From positions 96,001-160,000 of the forward strand of contig CAWECG010000004.1 in assembly GCA_963807605.1 (NCBI GenBank): a stretch of DNA of 64,000 bases, read 5' to 3'. Below the pieces are notes generated by a model. That model did not search any database, was not told where the DNA came from, and saw only the letters and a program-made list of their open reading frames with translations. The translations under genes and the position numbers were made by a program. Source of the DNA: Candidatus Bathyarchaeota archaeon (GTDB taxonomy: Archaea; Thermoproteota; Bathyarchaeia; 40CM-2-53-6; RBG-13-38-9). This document shows positions 1-9,107 of the stretch, one piece after another (within the stretch, counting starts at the first letter, position 1; each line of letters opens with the position of its first letter).

Positions 1-175
1 GGGGTGCTGAAGCATTCGCCAGACTATCCTCTCATCTGACCACGTCGAGGAAAGGTCGCAAACACGCGTGCGTCAAGTGACAGAGAGTAGTACTTCTTAA
101 CCACAGCCTTTGCATGAAAAAAGTCGTTTGCTGCAAGGTAACTGATGCGTGCGTAGGAAGTTTTCCACGGAAAAC

Positions 176-877
176 CTAGACGAACATTCCTTGAAGCGAT
201 CTATGTGCTTGCTTCATCCTTTGCTCAATTTCAGTCTCAATTTCTCTGGCATCTCTCTCCAGGTCGGCGACGTTCACTTTCATGTTGTATGTCTTACAGA
301 GACTTCGTATTGCGACCGCGGCAGCCGCTGGATCTGGTCTCGTTAATGATGCGTAAGGAAGAATAGCCATGGCAGGAAAGTTGTGTATCTCAAATTCACC
401 CAGCATTATTGCCAGTGGACCGTAAACGAAGAGTTCCTCCTCAAGCCTGAGAGCGTTCAAGGATCGGTTACGTATAGGATAGGCTTTGGTATGGACGACC
501 CTAAGGGTGGAATTACTGGTCTTGAAACTTGAGTCGAGGCCACCAATCAACACAGCATCTTTGAATCTCTCCTTCACAACCCATTGGGATAGAGTCTTGA
601 CAAACTCGGCTTCTTCGCTCTTGTGAGGTGAGAATTCAAACCTGGCAATGATCATTCTGCCTTTCTTATAGATCTCGAATGGCGTGACTAGTGCCTTAGG
701 TGTCGAATTCACAAAGGGCGGAGGATGTGCAACTTCGATGAACCCAATCCTTTGAGCCTGCAACGCGTGAACCAGAAAAGAGGTGGCAATGTACCCAGTC
801 TCCCCGATTCCATGAAAACCCGTTATCAATGTGGAACCCTTGTAGTTGTCTCTGCTAACGTTTATCTGAACTGTCAT
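176..877 (-). CDS. PAC2-family proteasome assembly chaperone
   Basis: GFHGIGETGYIATSFLV N-terminal motif, LIGGLD and PDPAAA motifs; start taken at MTVQ (ATG 877). Confidence 0.85.
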   Translation of the reverse strand: MTVQINVSRDNYKGSTLITGFHGIGETGYIATSFLVHALQAQRIGFIEVAHPPPFVNSTPKALVTPFEIYKKGRMIIARFEFSPHKSEEAEFVKTLSQWVVKERFKDAVLIGGLDSSFKTSNSTLRVVHTKAYPIRNRSLNALRLEEELFVYGPLAIMLGEFEIHNFPAMAILPYASLTRPDPAAAAVAIRSLCKTYNMKVNVADLERDAREIETEIEQRMKQAHRSLQGMFV

Positions 878-1557
878 CCTAAAGACCGGCCAATGGGCTA
901 GTGGCAAGAGGAAAACCTATCATTAAAGTATTGCTCTGAAGGTTTTCGTTGTGTGTTAATTCGAGCATTTTCGGATTGGTCTCTGGCAGTTCTAGTTTGT
1001 TCTCTAGGCTAAATTCTTGGGGGTCGAAGAGTCTGAGGGTGGAGAGGTCAAATTGAATGATAGGTGTCAGGGGGCGATTGAGGCGTTGGCTAGCCAACCT
1101 TATCCGCCAAGATGTTTATGCCGCTTCCTCGTAAGGAGCGAATCAATCAGCAGAACGCTTAGTTCTTCTCAGACGGTGGTCTTTCTGGGACTTTGGCTTT
1201 TGACCTTTTATGTGTAGGAAAACATGCCTTGCTGATTCGTCCCTTGGTTCTCCTGCTTACGCTGATTTTTTTGGACTCCTCCCCGGATTTTGATATGAAT
1301 CCATACTGGAGCGGCAGTTCTACAGAATCCTAATAATACTGACGAATATCAAAGAAGCAGGAAGCCGTGATGTTGGCTTCGTTTCGCAAAAAAAGTTAAG
1401 CGAAAGTGCAGTTAGGTTTTCAGAAATAGACGACGGCATTGCTGTACGTTGAGCTTCGCTTTCCGGAGCCAACGTACATTCTCGTGAGAATCTCTCTCAC
1501 GGCCGCTACGAATATGCAAACTGAGATGCACTATATAAGCTGATCTCGAGCAATTCA

Positions 1558-1920
1558 TTACCCTGCTGGCGACCTCAGTAGAATTTGTGCCTTGACTTGT
1601 TCGTACTTCACAGCAATTAACAGTAGCACGGCGGCAGCCACCAAGAATCCCAAGCAAAGAATGATACTTTGAGGGCTTGGATTTGGGTTTGCGAAAAGTA
1701 TTATCAAGTCTGCTACTACGAGCGCTACACCAAGAAATCCTGTGACCATCCTCCAAAAATTCGTCACTTTCTGTTCAGCGGCCAGATCAGACTTCAGGTT
1801 TTTGATCCGGTCGCTTAATTGCATCACAGACTGCTCGTGTTGGCGGCTAAGCTCACTTATCTTCTCATCAAACACGTAGCCGATGTGAGAATTGAGTTCT
1901 CTTTTCAACTCCTCCATCAA
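1558..1920 (-). CDS. Hypothetical coiled-coil plus 2-TM protein, possibly 5'-truncated
   Basis: Charged helical N-half, then two hydrophobic segments; frame stays open about 100 nt upstream without a canonical start; lies next to the integrase. Confidence 0.5.
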   Translation of the reverse strand: MMEELKRELNSHIGYVFDEKISELSRQHEQSVMQLSDRIKNLKSDLAAEQKVTNFWRMVTGFLGVALVVADLIILFANPNPSPQSIILCLGFLVAAAVLLLIAVKYEQVKAQILLRSPAG

Positions 1921-2070
1921 AGGTTGTACGGCTTTTCCCTCTTTTCGTGCAGCTGAGACCTTCGACGTATACGCGCGCGCGTTGCGGCTGTCAAGAAAAG
2001 AAGCAGAGATAGATTCATCGATCTATTTTATTGACGATCTCCTAAGCTGAAGCAGGGGCCTTCTAACTTC

Positions 2071-3219
2071 TCAAAAGTTTCCTTCGCCATGTTTCTCTTC
2101 CACGGGGGACAATTTGGCTCCTACACGGTTCTCAAGGGCATCCAGAAGCTTCTCAAATGCGGGCCTGTTCCGTATGATCATTTCGATCATGTCCTCGGCA
2201 TTCTGCAGTTGTGGGCTCATGGAGGATCCTGACATAATGTTGAGGTATTTCTCAGCTACCCGGTAATGCTCCAGAGTGTAGTTCTTGTCCATGTAGAACT
2301 TGTCGTATTGATTCGGATCCGCGGTGTGTCCCATCCAATACTCGACGCAGTCAAGGTCTAAGCCCTCGCCTTTACCCTTCAGGTGTAACAGTGTTCTCGC
2401 GACATCTCTGAACTCGTGGAGATTGTAGCCGTAGCGGGCAGCCTTCGAGTGGCCACGCTGAACATATTTGAGCCGCTCGAGCAGTCTCATGTGGAGCTGC
2501 CGATATGATTTCTTCGTGCAGCCTCGGCCGCCGTTGATCATCAAGATCTGCTCACCCTCTCGAGGCCAGCTGCGGATCCTCTCAAAATACTCCTTCCAAG
2601 CCGCCAGAGCGTCGCGGCCTATGAAGGTCTGAAACTTCTTCTTGTTCTTGTTTCGCTTCCTGCCTGGGTACTCGAACATGAACGGCGTCCCGACTCCCTC
2701 CTTCTTCAGATGCTTAGTCAGCGCCTCACCGCATGAGTTGTTGAACTGTAGAAACCGCTCCAAGTCCATAAGGCCCTGCCACAAAGTCAAATAGAATGCC
2801 TTCCTTCCAAGAGGCGAACTATCAACCAATGTCTTAATGATCTCAACTGTCAACCTCCCGCTTGAGGGAGGCCGATCCGCATGAACCTGGAAATCATCAC
2901 TCGGCAGAGCCGCTCGGTTCTTCTTGAAGAAACTCCTGACAATCGCATACTGAACGATCAAACTGTTGTAGGTTCCATTCTTCCCCTGGAAATAATTCTG
3001 CAAGGCGTCAAGAATCACAAACTGGCTGTTCTTCTCAGCGTTCAACTGAAAATCAATAAGCTCCCTCGGAGTCAAACCCCCAAGCCGCTCATGACCCAGC
3101 AAGAACTCGAGAAACCCAGCCAACTTGTACGCCCGGTTTCGTCGATCGACGGCTGGATAATGGCTTAACCACTTGGCAACCGCTGGATCACCTGACAGCG
3201 GCTCCACCTTGGATGTCAA
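2071..3219 (-). mobile_element. Tyrosine recombinase / site-specific integrase
   Basis: HEFRD (HxxR), MGH and downstream Tyr (NQYDK) catalytic motifs; 382 aa. Confidence 0.85.
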
Positions 3220-3397
3220 CAGTCAAACCACTAACCGTAACAAGATTCAAATTAAATATATAACAAGACTGACATCGTTAAGGTATTACTGAAAACACAT
3301 CGTAGAGTGGCGGTCTGTTGATGACTATTTCACATTCTCGCTCTGTTTAATAGCAAGACGGAATAGTGGAACCTTCATATCGCCTTGTGAAGAGTGC

Positions 3398-4660
3398 ATG
3401 ATTTTGAAGCTTCAATTCCTAGGAGCATGTCGTGAAGTTGGCAGGTCAGCGGTGGCCGTTGAAGTAAATGCAAAACGTCTCTTATTGGATTACGGCGTGC
3501 TTATGGATGAGCCTGTAGGTTTTCCAACACATATATCCCCTAAAGACTTGGACGCCATCTTACTTTCGCACGCCCATTTGGACCACAGCGGCTTATTGCC
3601 GATCTTCTACTTGCGACGTCACCTACCCCTATATGGTGTTCAGCCTACGTTCGACTTCACAAACTTGCTGATCAAGGACTTCATTCATATCAGCGGTTAT
3701 TTCCTTCCCTACGAGTATGTAGATCTTGATACTATGATGAAGAACTCCATCCCCATGCCCTACCGAAGAGAGTTTGAGATTGAAGGGACTAAGATCACCT
3801 TCCTCAATGCAGGACACATACCTGGCAGTTGCCAAATCTTGATCGAAGGTGAAGGCAAACGTATCCTTTATACCGGCGACTTCAATCCTGGCGAGACGAG
3901 AACGCTAGGCTCCGCGGATCGAGACTATGGCGACTTGGATGCGATAATCACTGAATCAACGTATGCGACAGAAGACCATCCTAACAGAGCCGTTGTAGAG
4001 AAAGAGTTTGTTTCAAGAGTGACAGAAGTGGTCGAGAGAGATGGCATTGCTTTGGTTCCAGCTTTTGGAGTGGGCAGATCACAAGAGGTTGCAACAGTAC
4101 TTGCAGCGCACGACTTCAAATATCCGGTATTTATGGATGGGATGGCGCTGGATGCTACCGAGATCCTAACAAACTATCCAAGTTCGCTGAGGGATGAAGA
4201 TCTATTCAAAAGAGCTGTCAAGAAGACTCGATGGGTCGGCAACTGGAACGAGAGGAGAAAAGTCGTCAAGACCCCCTCAGTAATAATCTCGCCTGCGGGC
4301 ATGCTTAAGGGAGGAGCGGCGATGTTTTACATGGAGCAGGTTGCTAAATCGGAGAAGAACGCCGTGTTTCTTGTGAGTTTCCAGATACCTGGAACTCCGG
4401 GGAGCATCCTTCTTGAGAAGAGGAGATTCGTACTGCAAGGCAGGCCCAGAAAAGTAAAAGCAGAGGTCGACAAGTTTGTCTTCACTTCCCACGGAGGTCG
4501 CAGTGACCTCGAAGCTACTCTATCAAAACTCAGTGGAAAGGCAAAGGTCTTCACCGTCCATGGAGCAGAAGCGAACTGTCTCAGACTTGCCAGCTGGGCA
4601 TCGAAAGAACTTGGTCTGGAAGCTTGCGCGCCCAAAGCCGGCGAAAGATTTGAAGTATAA
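3398..4660 (+). CDS. Beta-CASP metallo-beta-lactamase ribonuclease (aCPSF-type)
   Basis: GACREVGRS, HAHLDH, AGHIPGS, YTGD, ESTY, GRSQE, SH and VHG motifs. Confidence 0.92.
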   Translation: MILKLQFLGACREVGRSAVAVEVNAKRLLLDYGVLMDEPVGFPTHISPKDLDAILLSHAHLDHSGLLPIFYLRRHLPLYGVQPTFDFTNLLIKDFIHISGYFLPYEYVDLDTMMKNSIPMPYRREFEIEGTKITFLNAGHIPGSCQILIEGEGKRILYTGDFNPGETRTLGSADRDYGDLDAIITESTYATEDHPNRAVVEKEFVSRVTEVVERDGIALVPAFGVGRSQEVATVLAAHDFKYPVFMDGMALDATEILTNYPSSLRDEDLFKRAVKKTRWVGNWNERRKVVKTPSVIISPAGMLKGGAAMFYMEQVAKSEKNAVFLVSFQIPGTPGSILLEKRRFVLQGRPRKVKAEVDKFVFTSHGGRSDLEATLSKLSGKAKVFTVHGAEANCLRLASWASKELGLEACAPKAGERFEV

Positions 4661-4804
4661 GCTGGGACTTTTACGCTTGTTGTTGTGATCGCAGAAGAGC
4701 TGATTCAACAGTCTGTAGATATCGTCTAGAAGTCGAAGGCATGCTATGAGGTTCCAACAGCGCTGCAAAGACACAAATTAAGATGATGGGAGTGTTCCTA
4801 AAGG

Positions 4805-5674
4805 ATGCAGGAAGAGGCTTCAGATCAAACGGGTGGACGAGCCTTCGAGGTTCGTCTGGAGTATTTGTTTCCCCTAGTGTGGGCACTCGTGCTTACAGGC
4901 GCTCTCTCAATTTACCTAGTGAGAATGGAGAGCTACCGTGAGCTGCTAACACTGTTCCCGGAGACGCCAGAAGGTGCATCCCTAAACTCACTCACGTTCG
5001 TCTTACCACTCTTCGTATCCGCAACGATTATGTACCTTCTAGTAAGGAGTCGCCATCTGAGGGTTGTGAAGCTCGTTGTGAGGATTTCTCTGGTCTTGGC
5101 AACTTTTCTATTAACGACCTGGTATACCTTCAAAATAGTCTGGGGTCTTCCCATATCAATTCCTAGTATGTACGTATCGACTTTGGCGTCAGCATGTCTG
5201 ACTGCCCTGATGCTCCTTGCAGTGTACAGAGCAGGAGGGCTGATGCAAGCCCTCGCTTTGGCATCGATAGGTGCATTAATAGGAACTTTCTTGGCCTTCT
5301 CCATACCAACATTGTCGGCCGTCGTGCTTCTTGGAGCCTTGGTGGTGTACGATATTCTCTCCGTTTACAAGGGCCCGATTGGTAAGCTTGTTGAGAATGT
5401 CAACCTGAAAGACTTCGTTGGTACGGTCTATACTCTAGGGGACGTTACCGTCGGCATGGGTGACATGGTCTTCTATTCGATGCTTGTCTCCATAGCCATC
5501 TCCAACTTTGGTGTTTTTTCATATGTAATGACTTCTTTAGGAGTCCTTGGAGGTGCCTACTTTGGGATGCGACTGCTCCGAAGGTGGGACTATCTGCCGG
5601 GTCTTCCCCTAGCCATACTTGGTGGACTCGTGCTGATGTTTCTGTCTGCACTTATGCTCGGCAAACTCACTTGA
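4805..5674 (+). CDS. Presenilin-family (A22) GxGD intramembrane aspartyl protease
   Basis: Multi-TM; YD (VVYDILSV), GMGD and PGL (PAL-equivalent) motifs. Confidence 0.88.
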   Translation: MQEEASDQTGGRAFEVRLEYLFPLVWALVLTGALSIYLVRMESYRELLTLFPETPEGASLNSLTFVLPLFVSATIMYLLVRSRHLRVVKLVVRISLVLATFLLTTWYTFKIVWGLPISIPSMYVSTLASACLTALMLLAVYRAGGLMQALALASIGALIGTFLAFSIPTLSAVVLLGALVVYDILSVYKGPIGKLVENVNLKDFVGTVYTLGDVTVGMGDMVFYSMLVSIAISNFGVFSYVMTSLGVLGGAYFGMRLLRRWDYLPGLPLAILGGLVLMFLSALMLGKLT

Positions 5675-5949
5675 CAATGAATCCGCGCTAAAGATCTGGC
5701 ATCTATTGGGTTGACGAAAGGACTCGTCTCCCTCCAACCCGAAGATCAGGCCAGCGTCCTCCGTTCTAGTCTTTTTCTTTAAAGGAGCTGCAGGAAATAA
5801 GCATATTCGCAAAACGAAGTATGCGACCTGAATGTAGTCGCGTCGAATGAGGCAGCTCGATTAGGACTAGCTTTTCGAGTTCGGGCTGGAGAGCCTGAAA
5901 ACCATATATGCATACTGTGAATCTGCATTGCCTTACAGGGTCAGACTCC

Positions 5950-6483
5950 ATGCTTGAGAAATTCAATCTACTCGTGTCGACTTCACGTGGTAATGAGCGA
6001 AACGCGTGCAGAGAGATCTGGTATCTGTTGAACGAGCTGGGTGACAAGAATCCCGAGGTTGACACTTCCCCTGCGATAGGCTTGACGGTTGCATTGACAT
6101 CGCTTGAACCGGTAGGGGTCGTATCCAAACTGCGCAGTATTCTCAAGGATAAGCCATGGGAGTTTCGATACATCCTGAAAATCGTCCCTTTAGAGCATAT
6201 GGTCCCAGCAGATCTATCGGAGATAGGGAGAACCTCACGACAGTTGGCTGAGAAGATAGGAACCGACGAATCTTATCGGGTCACTGTAAGAAAAAGACAT
6301 AACGAGTTAAGATCCAAGGACATAATCGAGGCTGTTGCATCCGGCATTGATAGAAGGATTGACCTGGATCATCCAGACAAGACAGTGCTGGTAGAGGTCA
6401 TTTCGGGATTTGCTGGGATTTCCCTAATTACACAGGACAATATCTTGGGGATCGAGAAGGAAAGGCGGACTCTTAAGCGCTGA
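5950..6483 (+). CDS. THUMP-domain RNA-binding protein
   Basis: FNLLVSTSRGNE, YRVTVRKR and IDLDHPDKTVLVEV motifs. Confidence 0.88.
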   Translation: MLEKFNLLVSTSRGNERNACREIWYLLNELGDKNPEVDTSPAIGLTVALTSLEPVGVVSKLRSILKDKPWEFRYILKIVPLEHMVPADLSEIGRTSRQLAEKIGTDESYRVTVRKRHNELRSKDIIEAVASGIDRRIDLDHPDKTVLVEVISGFAGISLITQDNILGIEKERRTLKR

Positions 6484-7042
6484 CTGATAGAAGTGCCATC
6501 ATCTCAACAACGAGTTTCTCCAAAACCACTCTTTCTGAGGAGTCTTGCAGGCCGATAGACCGAAGTTCTGCATCGGATATTCCGAATATTCTTCTTAACC
6601 GATCCAGTTTCTCACGGCTCCAATCGTTGAGAAACGAGCTGTCGAGGTTTAATGTCAGGATTTGAGGGATCGACTCTTTGAGCCTCTCCAGTTCTGCCCT
6701 ATCTTTAGATACCGCTACCAAGATTAGTTGCGCGACATCTCCCTTGACTCCAAGCATTTCAACGCTGTTCTTGATTTGACGTTGAGCCGAAGCGTACACA
6801 AGTATTTCAAGGGAGAGATCATCGCAGATCATCCGGCCGTTTTGTTTAGCTTCCAGCGCATTGAGAACAGCGAAGAGGATATGGTCGTAACCCAGAATCT
6901 TGCTTCCGTCCATAATTTGAATTGTGCTACTCGGGGCAATCTCTCTGAATCTTTCCATCAGTTCTGCGAATTCGATTTTGTCATTTGAGATAAGACCCTC
7001 GATCAATAGCGTCTGGTTGTACTGAGGGAGTTGAGTTATCAT
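6473..7042 (-). CDS. cgi121: KEOPS complex subunit Cgi121
   Basis: SLEILVYASAQRQIKNSVEMLG motif. Confidence 0.88.
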   Translation of the reverse strand: MITQLPQYNQTLLIEGLISNDKIEFAELMERFREIAPSSTIQIMDGSKILGYDHILFAVLNALEAKQNGRMICDDLSLEILVYASAQRQIKNSVEMLGVKGDVAQLILVAVSKDRAELERLKESIPQILTLNLDSSFLNDWSREKLDRLRRIFGISDAELRSIGLQDSSERVVLEKLVVEMMALLSVSA

Positions 7043-7054
7043 GATCTCACTAGG

Positions 7055-7858
7055 TCATTGGTTTTTCAGATTATCTTGGGATGAGAGGAACATGTGGCGT
7101 CCTCTAGTCTCAACAGCAACCTCCAAGTGGCGGATAGCCTCCTTTAGAAGAAGACTGCAAGTTTGCTCATTCTCTCCAAAAGCCAGAATCTCGATAGGAA
7201 GGCCGGTGGCCGGAACATATCCGCTAACCAAGGGCTTTAGGTAAACAGTGCCGAGTTTGCTTTCGATCTCTTCAGTAAGCGGAGTGACTTCCGACTCGAA
7301 CATGTCCACAAACACCCTTTGCGAGCGAGCTCTGTGCTCTCCGTCTTTTCTAATGAGGTCGGATATCGATGCCTCGAATATTGCTTGAACCTCTTTCGGA
7401 GGACCCGGCATCACCACGAGTGTCGTCTCAGCTATCTTGAGAACTGTGCAAGGAGACACCCCCAATGGGTTGGTGACAGCGGTGCCTCCCGAGAGAGTTC
7501 TAGCCATTCTGATAAAGTGCTGTGGCAACTTCTCTTGGGGAATCCCTTTACGCTCTGAAACCTTCTCAAGTGTCAACTGGTTCGTAACTATACTTGAGTG
7601 GGTTAACTTTGAGATCGCGTCTATTGTCTTATCATCTTTTGTTGGACCAAGTCCTCCAGTAACCAGTACAAAACTAGGTTTCCTGCCAAAGGATTCTTCA
7701 AGAACTCTGCAGATTTGGTCCTCATAATCTCTGACGCAGGTTATTCTGGTGACTGTGCCGCCTAGAAGTGTAACCTTATCGGCTAACCAGAATGAGTTTG
7801 TGTCGGCAACCTTGCCATAACAGAGCTCGCTGCCTACAGCTACAATCTCGATGTCCAT
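7055..7858 (-). CDS. CinA-like protein (MoCF-biosynthesis/CinA N-terminal domain)
   Basis: EIVAVGSEL..GKVADTNS, TGGLGPTKDDKT and MPGPPKE motifs. Confidence 0.88.
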   Translation of the reverse strand: MDIEIVAVGSELCYGKVADTNSFWLADKVTLLGGTVTRITCVRDYEDQICRVLEESFGRKPSFVLVTGGLGPTKDDKTIDAISKLTHSSIVTNQLTLEKVSERKGIPQEKLPQHFIRMARTLSGGTAVTNPLGVSPCTVLKIAETTLVVMPGPPKEVQAIFEASISDLIRKDGEHRARSQRVFVDMFESEVTPLTEEIESKLGTVYLKPLVSGYVPATGLPIEILAFGENEQTCSLLLKEAIRHLEVAVETRGRHMFLSSQDNLKNQ

Positions 7859-8091
7859 TGATTTGACTTCCAACCTGCGACTGCCTTGTTTCATGCATTT
7901 TGAACCTATTAATCTTCGCACAAATGTTTGCAGAAGAAAGCTCATTCAGAGAGACAAGGACAGGATCTCGACGATTCTGTCTGTAGTGGAACATTGTAGG
8001 GTAGAAGCGAAGAACGGTCCGATGCCCTTTTGGAGAAGCAGAAATCATAATTAAATCTGGGAGGAACAAATCCCTAACTAAGGAGATTCAC

Positions 8092-8817
8092 TTGGGTCTT
8101 AGAGCACTTCTCTTCGACTTAGGAGGAACCTTGACAACGAGGGATGTTGAAGATCGAGTCGTAGACGAGGCCGCCCTAAGTTCGCTGATGTATTATTTGG
8201 CTTCAAAAGGTATCGAGATCTCTGAAGAAGACTTTCTAACCAGATATTGGGCTCATTACCATATGATTCACGATCTTCGTGAACGTTTCATGATTGAGAT
8301 ACCCATGAGCATCTGGCTCGGCGGATTCGTCTACAGATCATTTCCTAAAGTTGCGAATGAAATCCTGAATACTATTGAGGCAACGATCGTTAATTCGAGA
8401 GTCAAATCAGCGATTCTATTTACGGAAACCGTGAGTGTTCTTGAAGAATTGCAATCCAAATACCTACTTGGCGTGGTCACAAATACGTCATCTGACCAGG
8501 TAGCCCGGCAGATACTAAGATCACTGAGGCTAAACAGATTCTTTGAGTGCGTGATTACCTCAGCAGAATTCGGGGTTCGGAAACCATATCCAGGTATCTT
8601 CCTTTGTGCTCTAAGAGAACTGTATGCAAAAGCCGAGGATGCAATGTTCATTGGCGACTCTTTGAAATATGATATCGTGGGCGCAAAAATGTCTCATATC
8701 AAGAGTTGCTTCATTAATCACAAAGGCGTCAAGCCGCCACGTGGATCCGCCCAGCCGGACTTGATCGTGGAGAATCTGGCTGAGTTGCCGGTAGCCTTAG
8801 AATCAATCTCTCCATGA
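8092..8817 (+). CDS. HAD-superfamily hydrolase
   Basis: LFDLGGTL, VTN, KP and FIGDSLKYDIVGA motifs. Confidence 0.9.
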   Translation: MGLRALLFDLGGTLTTRDVEDRVVDEAALSSLMYYLASKGIEISEEDFLTRYWAHYHMIHDLRERFMIEIPMSIWLGGFVYRSFPKVANEILNTIEATIVNSRVKSAILFTETVSVLEELQSKYLLGVVTNTSSDQVARQILRSLRLNRFFECVITSAEFGVRKPYPGIFLCALRELYAKAEDAMFIGDSLKYDIVGAKMSHIKSCFINHKGVKPPRGSAQPDLIVENLAELPVALESISP

Positions 8818-8945
8818 GTACGAATTACCCCTTCTGTCTCTCTCGCATAGCCCTGCCTTAAGAAGCGGGCAATCCTAGCTGACCATAAACCTTAAAACAT
8901 TCTAATCCAGCCAGATAAATTCCTTAGTTTGTGAGGAGGTTCGCC

Positions 8946-9041
8946 TTGATAATAGACAGAACGAAGTGGAGTGTGGAAGAAGAGCCTGGCGAGGAGGAAG
9001 AGTGGGGCGAGGAAGAAGGTTGGGAAGAAGAGGAGTGGTAG
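8946..9041 (+). CDS. Putative 31-aa acidic Glu/Trp-repeat microprotein
   Basis: GAGGAGGT SD 5 nt before TTG; translates MIIDRTKWSVEEEPGEEEEWGEEEGWEEEEW*; AT-rich promoter-like sequence near 8888-8898. Confidence 0.65.
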   Translation: MIIDRTKWSVEEEPGEEEEWGEEEGWEEEEW

Positions 9042-9107
9042 CCCTACCCTCGCGAGTCTCCTTCTTCAATTTCGTGTAACTTTTAGTTTCTCTACCGGAT
9101 GAATCCC

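Noticed and set aside
879-1557. tRNA or att site for the integrase, and short ORFs in this gap
   Set aside because: No cloverleaf or T-loop motif and no direct repeat flanking the island was seen; the ORFs lack recognisable features.
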